A DNA stretch of 64,000 nucleotides, taken from contig MCFE01000322.1 of assembly GCA_002104905.1 (NCBI GenBank), forward strand, positions 1 to 64,000, in the 5' to 3' direction. The notes under the pieces are model-generated. The model made no database searches. It saw nothing but the letters and a program-made list of their open reading frames with translations, and was not told where the DNA came from. The position numbers and the translations under genes are program-made. Positions 36,587 through 49,175 of the stretch are shown piece by piece; the stretch's first letter is position 1; each line of letters starts with the position of its first letter. Source of the stretch: Basidiobolus meristosporus CBS 931.73 (taxonomy: Eukaryota > Fungi > Basidiobolomycota).

Positions 36587-37851
36587 GACTTCTAACAAAC
36601 CTCTTGACAGTGTGTACAAAGAAGTGTGCTCTCACTCAGCCTTATATATGTCGAAAACAACCACTGAAAAAAGGAATTTGCTGACAAGCATAATTGGTTG
36701 GAAGGGGCATGCAGTTTATTTGGGGATGATTCAAATTTCCATCGTAGATGTTAGGCTACGCCTCATTTCGGCTGGCAATCGGAAGTGTTGCAGAGTTAAG
36801 AAAAGTCGCTATTCAGAAATAAATAATTTCGGAAGCTTGTACACTGAAAATTAAACATAGCCTATCATTGCGTATTGGGACCCATGTACTATTGGCCTGT
36901 ATTCCGAGGTAGATGATCATCATTGGTGTGTGAATCTTGGATCACTGTCTACCAATAGCCTGGATTACCGGAACATAGAAAGTCGAGTTAACCTAAAAGC
37001 GTGATCATCAGGATAAAGATAATCAGAGTACGGCTTTAATAGGCATCTATCTAATCAATTGAATCAATCAGAGCCCTCATGACTCATACTCTTTCGATGG
37101 CATGGCATTGCGGATAATCAAGGAGATGAATCAACTTGTACCTAATCCTCAACGATGCTCAACCTGTGGATATAGATCACCCTCAGGCCATCCAAGCAAG
37201 ATTGCTACTACACCACGAATCTAGGGTTCTAGATCTTAAGAGGGTCCAATCTCGGAATTTCCTTACACCAACGCACACCAAAATTCACCTGATATGATAA
37301 CTAAGCTGCTGCAGAATTTTCTAAATCCCATCGACACCACCCACTGGCTCGCTCTTAGAACAGCAATAAGTACGTTACGGTCGATGTGTATTGACCCTGC
37401 TATGGATATTCTCTGTTGTCGTTGCACCACGCGATGTTTGGAGCTGTCGTTTTCTAAGATACAACCAGTATATAGTATTCTGAGCCTTGAACATGTGATG
37501 TCGCAAGTACTTGGTAGATGACCAATGGACGTGATTTCGACAAATTCCTGATTCCAAGTCAACATCGACTGCCGCTAATCTGGTTTGGATGTGGCACATG
37601 TTTAGATGCTGCGCAAATATGAGATGCTGCTTATTCAATCAAGATCCTAAGCTGATTGTTTTTGATATTTCTATTCTGTAACGTATTTAATCTGAACATG
37701 ATTTCGTATTGGCACCTTCGTTCATCTACCGCAATGCGATTCAAAAATACTCATTCTAGATTGCTTATATCCATGCCCGTTGTTTATTTTCACCATAGTT
37801 TGTGTATTTCGATACTTTGAACTTCAAAGTTTATTTTACGTGGTAGCCACA

Positions 37852-39374
37852 ATGCCATTAACGCCCGACATACCTGATAATGAAGCTACTGGGTTGTCTG
37901 AATATGAAAGAAAAAGGCAAGAAAATATCCGACGAAACCAAGAGATGTTGCTATCCTTGAATTTCCCTCCGGCGCCGGACCTCACACCGACCAAAACCCC
38001 GGCTCGCAAGCGAAAGGCAGAAAATTCCTCAACAAATGGTCCTGCGACGCCGGAGCCTACAAGAAAATCCCTGAGATTGCGTGGATTACCAGCAAGAGCT
38101 GCTTTAACCGAATCCGTCGACGAGGAAAAAAAAGTAGAGGTTAAAGTAGAGGAGGAGGTATCCGACCCAGTATTGGCCCGAGAATTTATTGATCTATTGG
38201 CTTCTTTGAAAGCAGAAAACCCTTCCCCTCGAAGCACTCGCACCAATACTCGCTCTCGAACCAAAACCACCGCTATGGAGGCGCAAGACGAGAAAGAGCT
38301 ACTGTCCAAATTGCAGGGTTTGCGTATTCGTCACCAAGAGCCTACAGTAAAAGTTACTCCTGAGAGGATCTATTCATCTGCTTTTCACCCTTCCAAAGAG
38401 AAGATTCTACTCTGTGCTGGCGATAAGTTCGGGACTCTGGGCATCTGGGATGTCAACTCGGAAGACACCAACGATGGGGAGCCAATAGTGCATCACTATA
38501 AAGCACATCCTTCAACAATATCTACTGTCATGTATTCAACCTCGAACAATCACCGCTTGTATTCCGCTTCTTACGATGGAACTGTAAAATACTTAGACGT
38601 TAATCAAGAGCAATTCGTAGAAGCGTACAGTGCCAAGGCTGATGATAACGCATCAACCCTCATCAACAACTGTTTAGATATTGACCCCAATAACGATCAA
38701 TTAGTGTATATATCGAATGTTGAAGGCCAGTTGATTATCTGTGATGTTAGATCGAAGAGCGGATCATCTACGGGTGTCTACCAACTTCACAACAAAAAAA
38801 TCGGTGGAATCCACATCAACCCCGTAAGGTCCGACATTCTTATCACGGCCTCAAACGACCGCTCCATGCGTGTTTGGGATCTTCGACTAATGAAAAAGAC
38901 CCCGAGCGATGAATACCAATCCGTGGCAAGCTTTGAACACACGAAAGCTGTCACCGCCGCGTACTGGTCTTCTGATGGTGCACGCATCGCAAATACTTGC
39001 TTCGACGATTCAATCCGTATTTTCCAGAACGAAGGCGACAAGTTTGAAAAGCCAATCCGTATCTCACACAACAATCGAACTGGAAGGTAATACACTCTGG
39101 CTCGACCTTTTTCATAGGATACTAATGATTCTCCAGGTGGTTGACATTGTTTAGGCCAATGTGGTGCCCGGTCACATATCAAACCCCTCCCTTTCTTATC
39201 GTTGGGAATATGAATCGTTGGGTTGATGTTTTTTCAGGGACTACTGGCCAGCTACTTCATACCTTATCCGACACTGACAGAATCACCGCGGTTCCCGCTG
39301 TAAACACATTTCATCCAAACATGCCTATCATTGGCTCGGCAAACGCGAGTGGTAGGATGATGGTCTGGAGTTGA
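37852..39374 (+). CDS. CMR1: WD40 DNA-damage-binding protein CMR1/WDR76 (1 intron)
   Basis: LSEYERKRQENIRRNQEML, RKSLRLRG, VKVTPERIYSSAFHP, GDKFGTLGIWD, HNNRTGRW, SANASG. Confidence 0.93.
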
Positions 39375-40228
39375 AGTTTGACCGCAAGCGCCAACGAGCC
39401 TTGTGAGGTTTGTTCTTAACTATGGATAGAATCTTGGAGATATTTATACAGTTCGCTCTTTCATCTTCAATAGACTAAATACGTAAAGGCTCACTATTTA
39501 TACAGTAAAATTCTTCGATACAATATGATAAAACTCGCACCTCTATGTTGTCCAATAACATGGAACTATGGATAAATCGAAGCACTGAACATGATACAGT
39601 CGTACATAATCAGGTTATTCTATACTTGGTGGGAAAGTTTAATATTGACATCTTGGCTCCATGCCCGAGCATGAGCAAAAGCAATATAATAAATCATCAG
39701 CCGCGAAGAATTCAATCAAGTCGGGCAGTAGAGAGTATGAGCCATCGCAAATGCAAGATTTTCCGAGGAATAATGCAGTATGGACTTGGCTATTTTCAAC
39801 CAGCAAAGAAAGATATTATGCAGCCTATCTGTAAAACTGTTTTCCAAGGCGAGAATCCCAGTTTACAAACGCTATTGCTCAACGTCCCTTCCTTAAACTA
39901 AACTTTAATTTCAAATGGCAAGATTATTCAAAGAATTTGAAACCTTTTTGGTTGCACGATAACTGGTTTAATACCTATGCCAGTGCTAGCGACTTTCCAT
40001 GGCAATTAAATATACCATCTAGAATGACAGAACCGCTTATAATCTACTTAAAACCGGAGATTCAAGAGCTATTTCGTTCTTTTCGCTCTAGAGCAAGCTC
40101 TAGGCAACACAGCTGACATTAGGTTCAAATGCCAGTCAACCCATCGTTCTCGCATGAGGGCTTATTGGCGTTGGTTGACCCATTACAAGTGACGAAAACC
40201 AGCAACAGACCACAAAGATATAACCCCT

Positions 40229-40563
40229 CTAACCTAACGTTTCCCTAGTTCCAATGCGTAGGGACCCTGGCACCAACAAGGATGGCATCTGATAACGATA
40301 AATGCTAGCTAAGAAAGTAGGTGGTAGATGTATAAGCCATTGCAGATCAATGCCCAGATCATTCCTTGATATGCACTTCCTGGGTGTACCTTTGCATATC
40401 CCTCGAGGGCTGATGAGCTCTGCTTGTTTACAGCAAGTACGAGCACAATCCTCGACGATTTGAACTAAAAATAAATACATTTCAAACAGTGGACAATATA
40501 CTGTCATTGGCTGTATCATGCACCTGTCCATCGTATATATCTATCTACCAATGGCTCCTGCAT
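40229..40563 (-). CDS. Putative spliced micro-gene (~66 aa), unknown
   Basis: Two GT-AG introns of host-typical size join an open frame MQEPLVDRYIRWTVQIVEDCARTCCKQAELISPRGICKASIYRYQMPS...; a third intron lies in the 5' UTR. Confidence 0.25.
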
Positions 40564-40939
40564 GGCAAGCTGTGTTGCGGAAAAAGGTAGGTTAAATAAG
40601 AAACGTAATAAAAAATGAATATTAGTATCACCTTACATGGAATCCCTACTCCTTATTCTATTCCCTCCCCTTAAAAACAAGTCTTGTGTATCGGTTTTTA
40701 GACCAATAACTCATACTGGATTGTGAAGCTGTAATTATTCAATTGACCTATGATTAATGGTTTTACAACCCCTACCCCGCCCCTTTGCCCCTCTTTTGCT
40801 ATTATACTGACGCTAACAGCCCCGAGGTTGTTTATTTTATACCTACTTCGCACTTGCCGGCCTATCCTCCTTACCTTACGATAATCCCTATCACTTCTTA
40901 GTTGTAGAGAACCAAGCCTACTTTAGATATATCGTCGCA

Positions 40940-42723
40940 ATGCCTCTAGTAAGTGCTTTGTGACAACCGAAGCCTGAAATACAAGTACTCATCGTATACT
41001 TTCTATTGCGTTTCAGGAATACGCCTTACAAAATCGGTTGGTCTTGAGCTTTTTCTGAATTTTCCTTCATCTCAGTATTGCTAAGGTTTTTAGTGGTAAA
41101 TTTGGGGATGCTGGACCTTGGAAACTTCCCACCGCACTTCAGGCCCAGCTTCGAGATGTTCTGGGCATCGAAGCACTCCCAAGACAAATATGCGACCGCG
41201 CCAAAAGAAAGCCGTTCGTTTTTAATATCATGGTGGTTGGTAAGTTCTCTTTAAGTTAGGTGTTTAAAAGTAGTATAGCAGTTCCTAGGAAGCACCCTTA
41301 GCTTGCGAATTATCCTCTTGACTGAATTCAACTTAATATCTATACTATAGGCGAAACCGGTCTTGGTAAAACTACATTCATGAACACTTTATTCAACACG
41401 GATTTGACCGAGGAGATCACCCATGAGTATCCACAGAATAACAAAACTGTTGCCATCACTCCCACCACATATGGTATGGTTCCAACCAGCGTGTTGTATT
41501 GACTCTTGGGCTTAATGTATTTGTCAATAGATCTGGTTGAGGAGGGGGTCTCTCTTCATCTCACAGTTATTGACACTCCTGGGTTCGGAGACCAGTTGAA
41601 TCGAGAGGCCAAGTAAGTTTAGCAACACAAAAGCACCTTCAGGAGATAGATTGCTTAAAAGCTACCCTAGCGTATTCCCCATTGTCGAGTATATCGAGAA
41701 CCAATTTGAAGCCTACCACAATGCAGAGAAGAATACCAATTTCCGTCATGCCATTCCTGATACCAGAGTTCATGCAGTATTGTATTTCATTGCGCCCACC
41801 GGAAAATCGTAAGTGTTGTAGGGGCCATATCTAGATTGTGAGGCTCATTCCTCACATTTTTCCTGCTTAGTCTGAAGGAGCTTGATGTTACTGTACTGAA
41901 GGCCTTGAGCGATAAAGCCAACATCATCCCCGTCATTGCTAAGGCGGACACACTTACTTTCGAAGAGCGCGATGAACTCAAGCAAATCATTCTCCGTGAT
42001 ATAGAGGCTCATCAGATTAAAATATATCCCAAAGAATACACTGATGAGCCAGATATAACTTCTGATTTGGAGGTAATCTTGTTCTAGCTCCCGTTGCTCT
42101 GACAGATGGGACGACTGCTGACACATGGACTTCCTTGTACAGAAATATATTCCTTTCGCTGTAATTGGCAGTGATACATTCATCGATGTGGAGGGCGAAA
42201 AGATGCGCGGTCGTACATACCGTTGGGGCTCTGTACAAGGTAGTTTCCAGTACAATCTTACGGCACTACATCACACCGTCTAACACTACAAAATATGGTG
42301 TCTATAGTTGAAAACGAAGAACATTGTGATTTTATTCATTTACGAGCACTCCTAATGGATTCTTGCTTGCAAGATTTGATCGAGACCACCCACTCGAAGC
42401 ATTATGCTTTATACCGTCGCGGACAACTTCGCACAAAGGGACGACCAGAGTCCATCCTTGAGTGCGACGAAGCGTACGAAAGCAGAATCGAGAATACCAA
42501 GAAAAACCTGGCCGAAGAAATGATGCGGAAGGAGGAGGAAATGCGACAAAACTTCGTGGCCCAAGTGCGCGAAACCGAGGCCCTATTGAGGGAGCGTGAG
42601 GAGCAACTAATCCGAAAGAAGCAAGAGTTCTTGCAAGAAATCGAGGAGAAGAGACGTCAATTACAGCAGGAGGAGCAGGAGATCAACGCGTTATTGAGTG
42701 AGCGCAGCCTCAACTACTCGTAA
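40940..42723 (+). CDS. Septin with C-terminal coiled coil, multi-exon
   Basis: [21 protein letters not shown] (G1), VIDTPGFGD (G3), VIAKAD (G4), [15 protein letters not shown] (septin unique element), [10 protein letters not shown] coiled coil. Confidence 0.96.
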
Positions 42724-43099
42724 GTAGAATCTATCTGCGTATGTCTTGATGCATCACACTAACCGCCGACCATTGGTTTGCAGCTCCACCAAAAAGATCT
42801 TCGGGAAGAAAAATTAGTATGGACCAGTGGTCATCCAAACTTCCTCTCCCAACTTCATTCCACTCGTTGCAGCATAATTCCTCGATAAATTCCTCTGGCA
42901 ATTTGATCAGCGCTTCTAATTGATGCTCATCACACATGCGTATTTCTTATTTTAGTTACATTCACCATTTAATATATTTAAACAATATAAAGGACTTGTG
43001 TGATTATATATTCACAAGATTGCATGTTGGATTGAATTTAATGCATGTCTGATGGTAGCAGTGGAGGACTGTTGTTCCGCGGTATAGAGGTAATTGCCC

Positions 43100-43405
43100 T
43101 CAAAGCGAACCTAGACGTCGCGAATTCATGGCATTCCCGTTTTCAGGGAGCACCTGTACACAGAGCTTGTGGACTTGTTTTCGGAGATCTCGGGCTAGAT
43201 CAAATTGGGACACCGTTTTGGCAGGGCCAAAGCAATACTCGGCCACTTGCACGATTTCGTTGCTGTTGAGGTTTCTAATCCAATGTTGCCGCGAAGTGCT
43301 GGACTTCCTGGCTCTGATGCTTATGACCTCGAAGAAAAATTGCGCGTCCTGCAGGATCATGCTTGTCAGGATGGGCAATGGTGAGTTGAGCGGTGTATGG
43401 ACCAT
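43100..43405 (-). CDS. Orphan 101-aa ORF, possibly a real gene
   Basis: CACCATGG start context with TATAAAT ~45 bp upstream. No recognisable domain. Confidence 0.2.
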   Translation of the reverse strand: MVHTPLNSPLPILTSMILQDAQFFFEVISIRARKSSTSRQHWIRNLNSNEIVQVAEYCFGPAKTVSQFDLARDLRKQVHKLCVQVLPENGNAMNSRRLGSL

Positions 43406-45280
43406 GGTGAGACTGGGCTGTGATGGAGGTCAAGGGCACGGATTTATACTCTAAAGCCCTCTCGAAGGTGGCCTGTATTGGTGTTGGTACAAATACTCGT
43501 AGATTTTAGCACCAGACTGAGAGCTTGCTTCTCATTGGCACGCCTACCCTACGTTACTAAGAATATAACTACGCCTCGAATCAGCTTGCTGTCACCGTGA
43601 TTGTATGCTTCTCGTGGTGTATAATAAACAGCTGTTTCACTTTCATAAAAAGTATGCTACAAATAACTCTTCCGGTCATGTCATTAGAGTTATTTATACC
43701 AACAGTGTATTCAAGTAAGACCCAAATGTTGGTACGGCAACACTCGGATTTATTAATAAGTTACTGGTGTCATTGATGTTGCTGTTCCTCTAGCATTTAC
43801 AACCACGAACGGTATTGGCAGTAACCAGCCTCCATCACCAATGGGTTTGGTGGATTTTCTTGTCATGTACGGACATCTCAGTGGAAGATTGCTTTTATCA
43901 AATCCAAATCTTGGTCAACCAACTGGGATTCTTTCTTGACGTGATATTGGCCATTCTCCATTATTCAGGCTGAGTAATCGCGATTTTAGCCGTTCTGATT
44001 AATTTGTGGTTCGGCCTTCCTGGTCACACTTGACTACTGATGTATCAAGAGAAACAATCCTTTCGCAGAAAACAACAAACCGAGCAAACTCACCTAGGAC
44101 GGGAATTTTTAGAGCTCTTCGGGAAATCCAATTGAGTGGGGTGGTTGGATATCCAGTCGAGTCTCAATTGGATTGGCAGTAAAATTGCAAGCAGCCCCAA
44201 CACTGTAGGTTGATGCATGCTGTGTTGTGTTCGAGACTGAACAAGAGCAGTTCAATACCCTGATTGAACATCCTCAGTAAGTGGTAAGCAGCTCAGACCA
44301 AACATTTGCCAGTCATATGTGCGTTGCGTACTCAAACCCAGCTCCATGAGTATCACGCATAACATCATGCTAAAATCGTCACAAGCAAGAGAGTGTAAAT
44401 CAACGCCCCCCATACATTGCATGCGTCTAATTAAAGGGTTGCAAACGGTTCAACGAACCCTAGATGGTAGTGTATGTTCTAGTTACGTCATTCAGTGAAG
44501 TATTCTTTTTCTGGCCCATGGGGTAGAATTATAGACACTTTGGATCTTGCAAAGATACTACAAGCGGCCTAATATAAGGAACTGAATGAGTTTGAATCAA
44601 CTCCCCATTGAGCACCTAGTTTTCGAAATTTAGGTGATCTTGAGTCACTCACAGGAGGAGTTGCATACTTACTAAAGCAAAGCCATCGTGGCCGATATGA
44701 CATCCCCTGAGGTTTGCACGTTTCATCCAGCTATAGCTTAATATCATCAGAGGTTTTACTCACCTTCATGATTACTCAACAACTGCCTTGAGGCGTCATA
44801 GGTAGTATGTTGTCAACATATTTCACCACATCCTATATCTAACCAAAAACTGGGCGGGGAAGCATTGGTGACCTCTAATGCCCCAGTTGATTTGGATGCT
44901 CTATTAACAATCGGACGATCCAATTAATTACTACAAGGGAGTAATGTGAAGGTTGAATTGGTAATAGAAGTTTACGCGAGCATAGAGCCTAAAATATCCG
45001 ATCTTTGGGGTTGATTCAGTACTTTCCATGCATCGATGCACATGCACATATGCACACCACTCGGATTTAGAGACTTCCAACATCCCTGCTTTGCAATTAA
45101 GTTGCCAACCAACTCAATGTCGTGTTCTTCCTTTCCCTCATTCCCTGACATTCGATTCAGTGCTAACCTTGTCTTCTACCAATAGACTAGCCAACAACCT
45201 CTTCCTTAAAAGCTACGACCTGCATTCTGATAGAGTTCCTTCATAGACTTGGTGTAGAACTGTCTTTATGGCCGTCTAAA

Positions 45281-48200
45281 ATGGCAACTCTGGATACCGC
45301 CAAAAATTATTCACCCACCCTGGTTGGAATTGCTACCCAATTTGGTTTGACAACTGCGCTTTCTTGTGCGAGTTTTGTAGCCTTTGAAATACACCGTCGC
45401 TGGGGACTAACACAGCACCTCTACAACACTCGGTGTCGATTAAAGAGGTAATTGTTTGATCATAGGCGAGATATCAAAATGATGTCGGTTTCTAAACTCC
45501 ATCATAGAAACGCCACACCACAGCCACCGCGGACACCATTCGCCTGGATAGGAACGGTCCTTTCGTTCAAGGAATCCTTCTACTTGACTCATGTGGGACT
45601 CGACTGCGTGATATACCTGCGCTTTCTGAAGATGTCCTTTCAGTTGCTGCTTTTTAGCACGCTCACTATAGCAGCTATTCTTATGCCGCTTAATTTCTTT
45701 GCCCAGGAGGCCGTTTTAATAGATGTGGAGAAAGTCTCCATAGGAAACATCCCGGATGGATCCAACATGCTTTGGATTCATTGGTTGCTTATATACTTCT
45801 TCTCTCTTTCAGTGTTGTACCTGCTGTATAGGAACACTAACGATTACGTCAAGTTGCGGATGAAGTATATCCAAAAATTGGCATCCAAAGGAGCCATCCG
45901 GGCGAGAACAGTCATGGTCACCCACGTTCCTGACACGCTCAAACACGAGGAGAGGCTAAGGGCCTATTTTGGAGGTTTGGGCATCGGGGAAGTCGAGTCG
46001 GTTACCCTGATTAGGTTAACGACCAAGATCTCCCGGAAACTCAAAAGACGGGAGGCCATCCTTCGAGACTTGGAGCTGGCTCACATCGAGTTGATGCTAA
46101 ACCTGCTATCCGATGTTAAGAAGAATGGGATCAAAGCGCTTTACCCCGAGGCTAACGAAAGGAATCTACCCAAGCATATTTCCCACGCCTGGCAATTACT
46201 AGTGGGATACACTCAAAGCAATCGTCATGTGGATAGTGGTTCCGACCTCCCCATAAGCGATCTGCGGCCAATCTGGGACATATTGAATGGAATTGATCGT
46301 CGAATACTGGACAAATACCAACCTGTTCGTAAAACCGGCTTGTTACGAACCGGTGAGAGCGTTATCACGATAGACTACTTGCTGGGAAAGTTCAACAAAC
46401 TGGACAGGCGGATAGCAGAGTTGAGACAAGTTGCCGAGAACGCGCATTATTACAAGCCAACTGGAACTGCCTTTATTACCTTCAGAGAACAATCAGCTGC
46501 ACAATTATGTGCACAAAGTATAGCTAGCTCGAGCCCTCACCAGTGTGTTACTAAACTCGCCCCTGAGCCTCGGGATATCCTATGGGAAAACCATACCCGA
46601 AGTAACAATAACAAATTTATACGTCGGGTGATAGTCAACATCAGCATATGGTACACCTTTGCCTCACTATTGATTGACTACTGCAACGTTGATGCCTAAC
46701 TTCACCTGTTCCTTAGGGCTCTCACCATCTTGTGGCTCTTCCCCTCTACCTACTTCCTAAGCCTAGCTTCGTATGAAAAGCTATCGGAAAAGGTGCCCTA
46801 TCTGGCCATCGTTGTTAGTAATACCCCCTGGGTCAAGTCATTAATCCAAACCGTATTGCCGTCGATTCTGATGTCAACCTTTATGGTCGCTATGCCAAAC
46901 ATCTTCCTCGGTAACTGCTTTGTACGCAACTGATGTCCTCCGCATCCAAGCTAACCAGTGGATCTACAAACATAGGGGTATCCTATCAGCAGTGTTATTC
47001 ATCATACTCCGAGTTGGAGATTTCAACCATCAATCGGTACTATCGATTTATAATTTTCAACGTCCTCTTCGTGTTCCTTCTGGGTTACGCATTTGTGGAT
47101 GTCATCATCGAAGTCATCCAATCCCCCACCCACATAACGAATGTCCTGGCCGATAACCTACCGAAGGTAAGTGGTCTGGGCACGTCTTCGCTTGGGCGTG
47201 ATGTGGCGCTAAGATCACCTTTGCATCTTACAGGGAGCGGCATTCTTTATCAATTATGTGATCCTGCAGACCTCCTCGCACGGATTCGAGATTTTGCAGA
47301 TTGGTGTTCCTCTCTTCTACACGTATCTATTCGGAAATAGGTTCGTGGCCAAAACCCCGCGAGACTTGCAGAAGTGCCAGAAGCCGTACCCGTTCCCATA
47401 CTATTACTACCTCCCAACCCATATCCTTATACTTGTCATATGTATCACCTACTCTATCATCAATCCCCTAATCTTGGTGTTTGGGGTGATCTACTACGGG
47501 ATCGCAATCGTGGTGTATCGCTACCAGTTCGCGTATGCTTATACGAAGCAGTACGAGGCGAATGGTCGTTATTGGAGATACATGTTTAGATATGTGTCGG
47601 ACGGGTTGATCATATTTCAACTTGCGATGATCGGTTTGCTGGCTCTGAAGAAGGCGGTAACTGCCAGTCTGGCCCTCCTACCACTTCTGGGTGGCACGAT
47701 CTACTTCAAATTTTACCATCGGAATACGTTCCGCGCATTAATGAAGTATGTTCCACTCGAGTCCCTGAAGGATCGAACGAAGCCGGCCTACATTTCAGGA
47801 CAACTTCAGCTGGAACTGGACGAATCTTCGCACATCGATATCGACAGCGATAACTCTATGAATAAGAGCACACCATGTTGTGATGTCTCTTATCGGGAAA
47901 ACTATGAGATTGACCCACCTAGATTGCAGCCTAACGTTGTAAGAGAGGAGTCTGAGATACCGCCAGCGATAGCCATCTCACCCACATTCAAGGCATGCTC
48001 GGATACGGATAGTTTGACAATTCCAGACGGCTCTGATATACCAAGTCCAACGATCGGTCCAATCCAGAGAGCCCAACGGATAAGCCGAAGAGGCACCTCC
48101 GAAGCAAGGGGAAAGCGGGCCTCCACGACACTACACTCATCACCGTCCAAACGCCGATTCCAGAGGATTCAAAGCCAAATCCTCTCCAACCCACTTCTCA

Positions 48201-48802
48201 CACTCTTTCTCAGCCCGTTTGCCCACACTTCGAATATTCTTTCCGACCCGGATCGCCTATCCCCAAATCCGGTTCAGCCCAGCCGTGAGATATACCAGGA
48301 CGAAACGAGCGTGTTCGAAACTTACTTGCATCCGGATTTTATCCGGTCTTTGCCGGGTAGAGTGTGGCTTCCGATAGATCCCATGGCAAGACATTTCGAT
48401 TTGGACGAAGGTGTAATCGAACGTGAAGAATGTCTCACCTCCTCCCATTACCCCGAAAATCACACTTCCATAATCTGCTACAGAGGGAACTCAAGTGACA
48501 TGCCACCAATACCGGAGAATGGTGAGGCCGCCAAACTCGAAGCCCATGGGGATACGGTCTTTAATACGATCCATCATCTGGCCTATGCTCCTGACCCCAG
48601 TACCCCTGGGAGTGACTCTGGCTCAACGTTCCGCCAACCGGTCACAACACGTGGTACTGGAAGCTCGATTATGGAGCTAATAGGAGGAGCCATTCATGGA
48701 TTCAATAGTTTTGACCACGAACCCATCAGCCCAACCTTGTCGGCTCAAGTGAAAAAGCAACATACGCGCAGATCATCCATCTCCAGTGGATTAAGCACGT
48801 AA
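45281..48802 (+). CDS. CSC1/OSCA (TMEM63) calcium-permeable stress-gated channel with long disordered C-tail
   Basis: RSN1_TM-like N-term (VGLDCVIYLRFLKM, ILMPLN, WIHW), ARTVMVTHVP, TGTAFITF, LAPEPRDILWEN, YYYYLPTHIL, YSIINPLILVFG, YRYQFAYAY. Confidence 0.95.
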
Positions 48803-49175
48803 GAGTACAAAAGCAAGAGGTATGAACATTGATTTATGTATTTTATTGGCTGTATTAGTGTTTTCATAGCTGCCTCTGCTGAAGAACCCCATTCTCCTCC
48901 GGATTCTTTAGTTGTCGGGCTCGCTTTGCAACTGTAAATAAATGTGTGCAAAATAAATATTTAACGTAGAGCTCACTGCACGCCTTGCCTTCGCATCATG
49001 GGAGAATAGATGGTAAAAGAATATATTGCTAGATTTCAATGAAATATTGGAACGGCGAATAGATGTATAGTTTTTTGTGGGAACGAATCAGAAGAATTAT
49101 TTCTACCATAGCGGTAACTGTTATGTCTTAAGCTCTATGAATCTAACATCGATCTCGAAGCATTGTTTATGACAA

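Noticed and set aside
36860-37750. EEP/phosphatase-like echo (LTWNQE ... DDHLP)
   Set aside because: The motifs are in different frames and too short.
43800-44300. GTGAGT...AG intron-like element with a short hydrophobic ORF
   Set aside because: Splicing leads to an immediate stop (~45 aa); no support.
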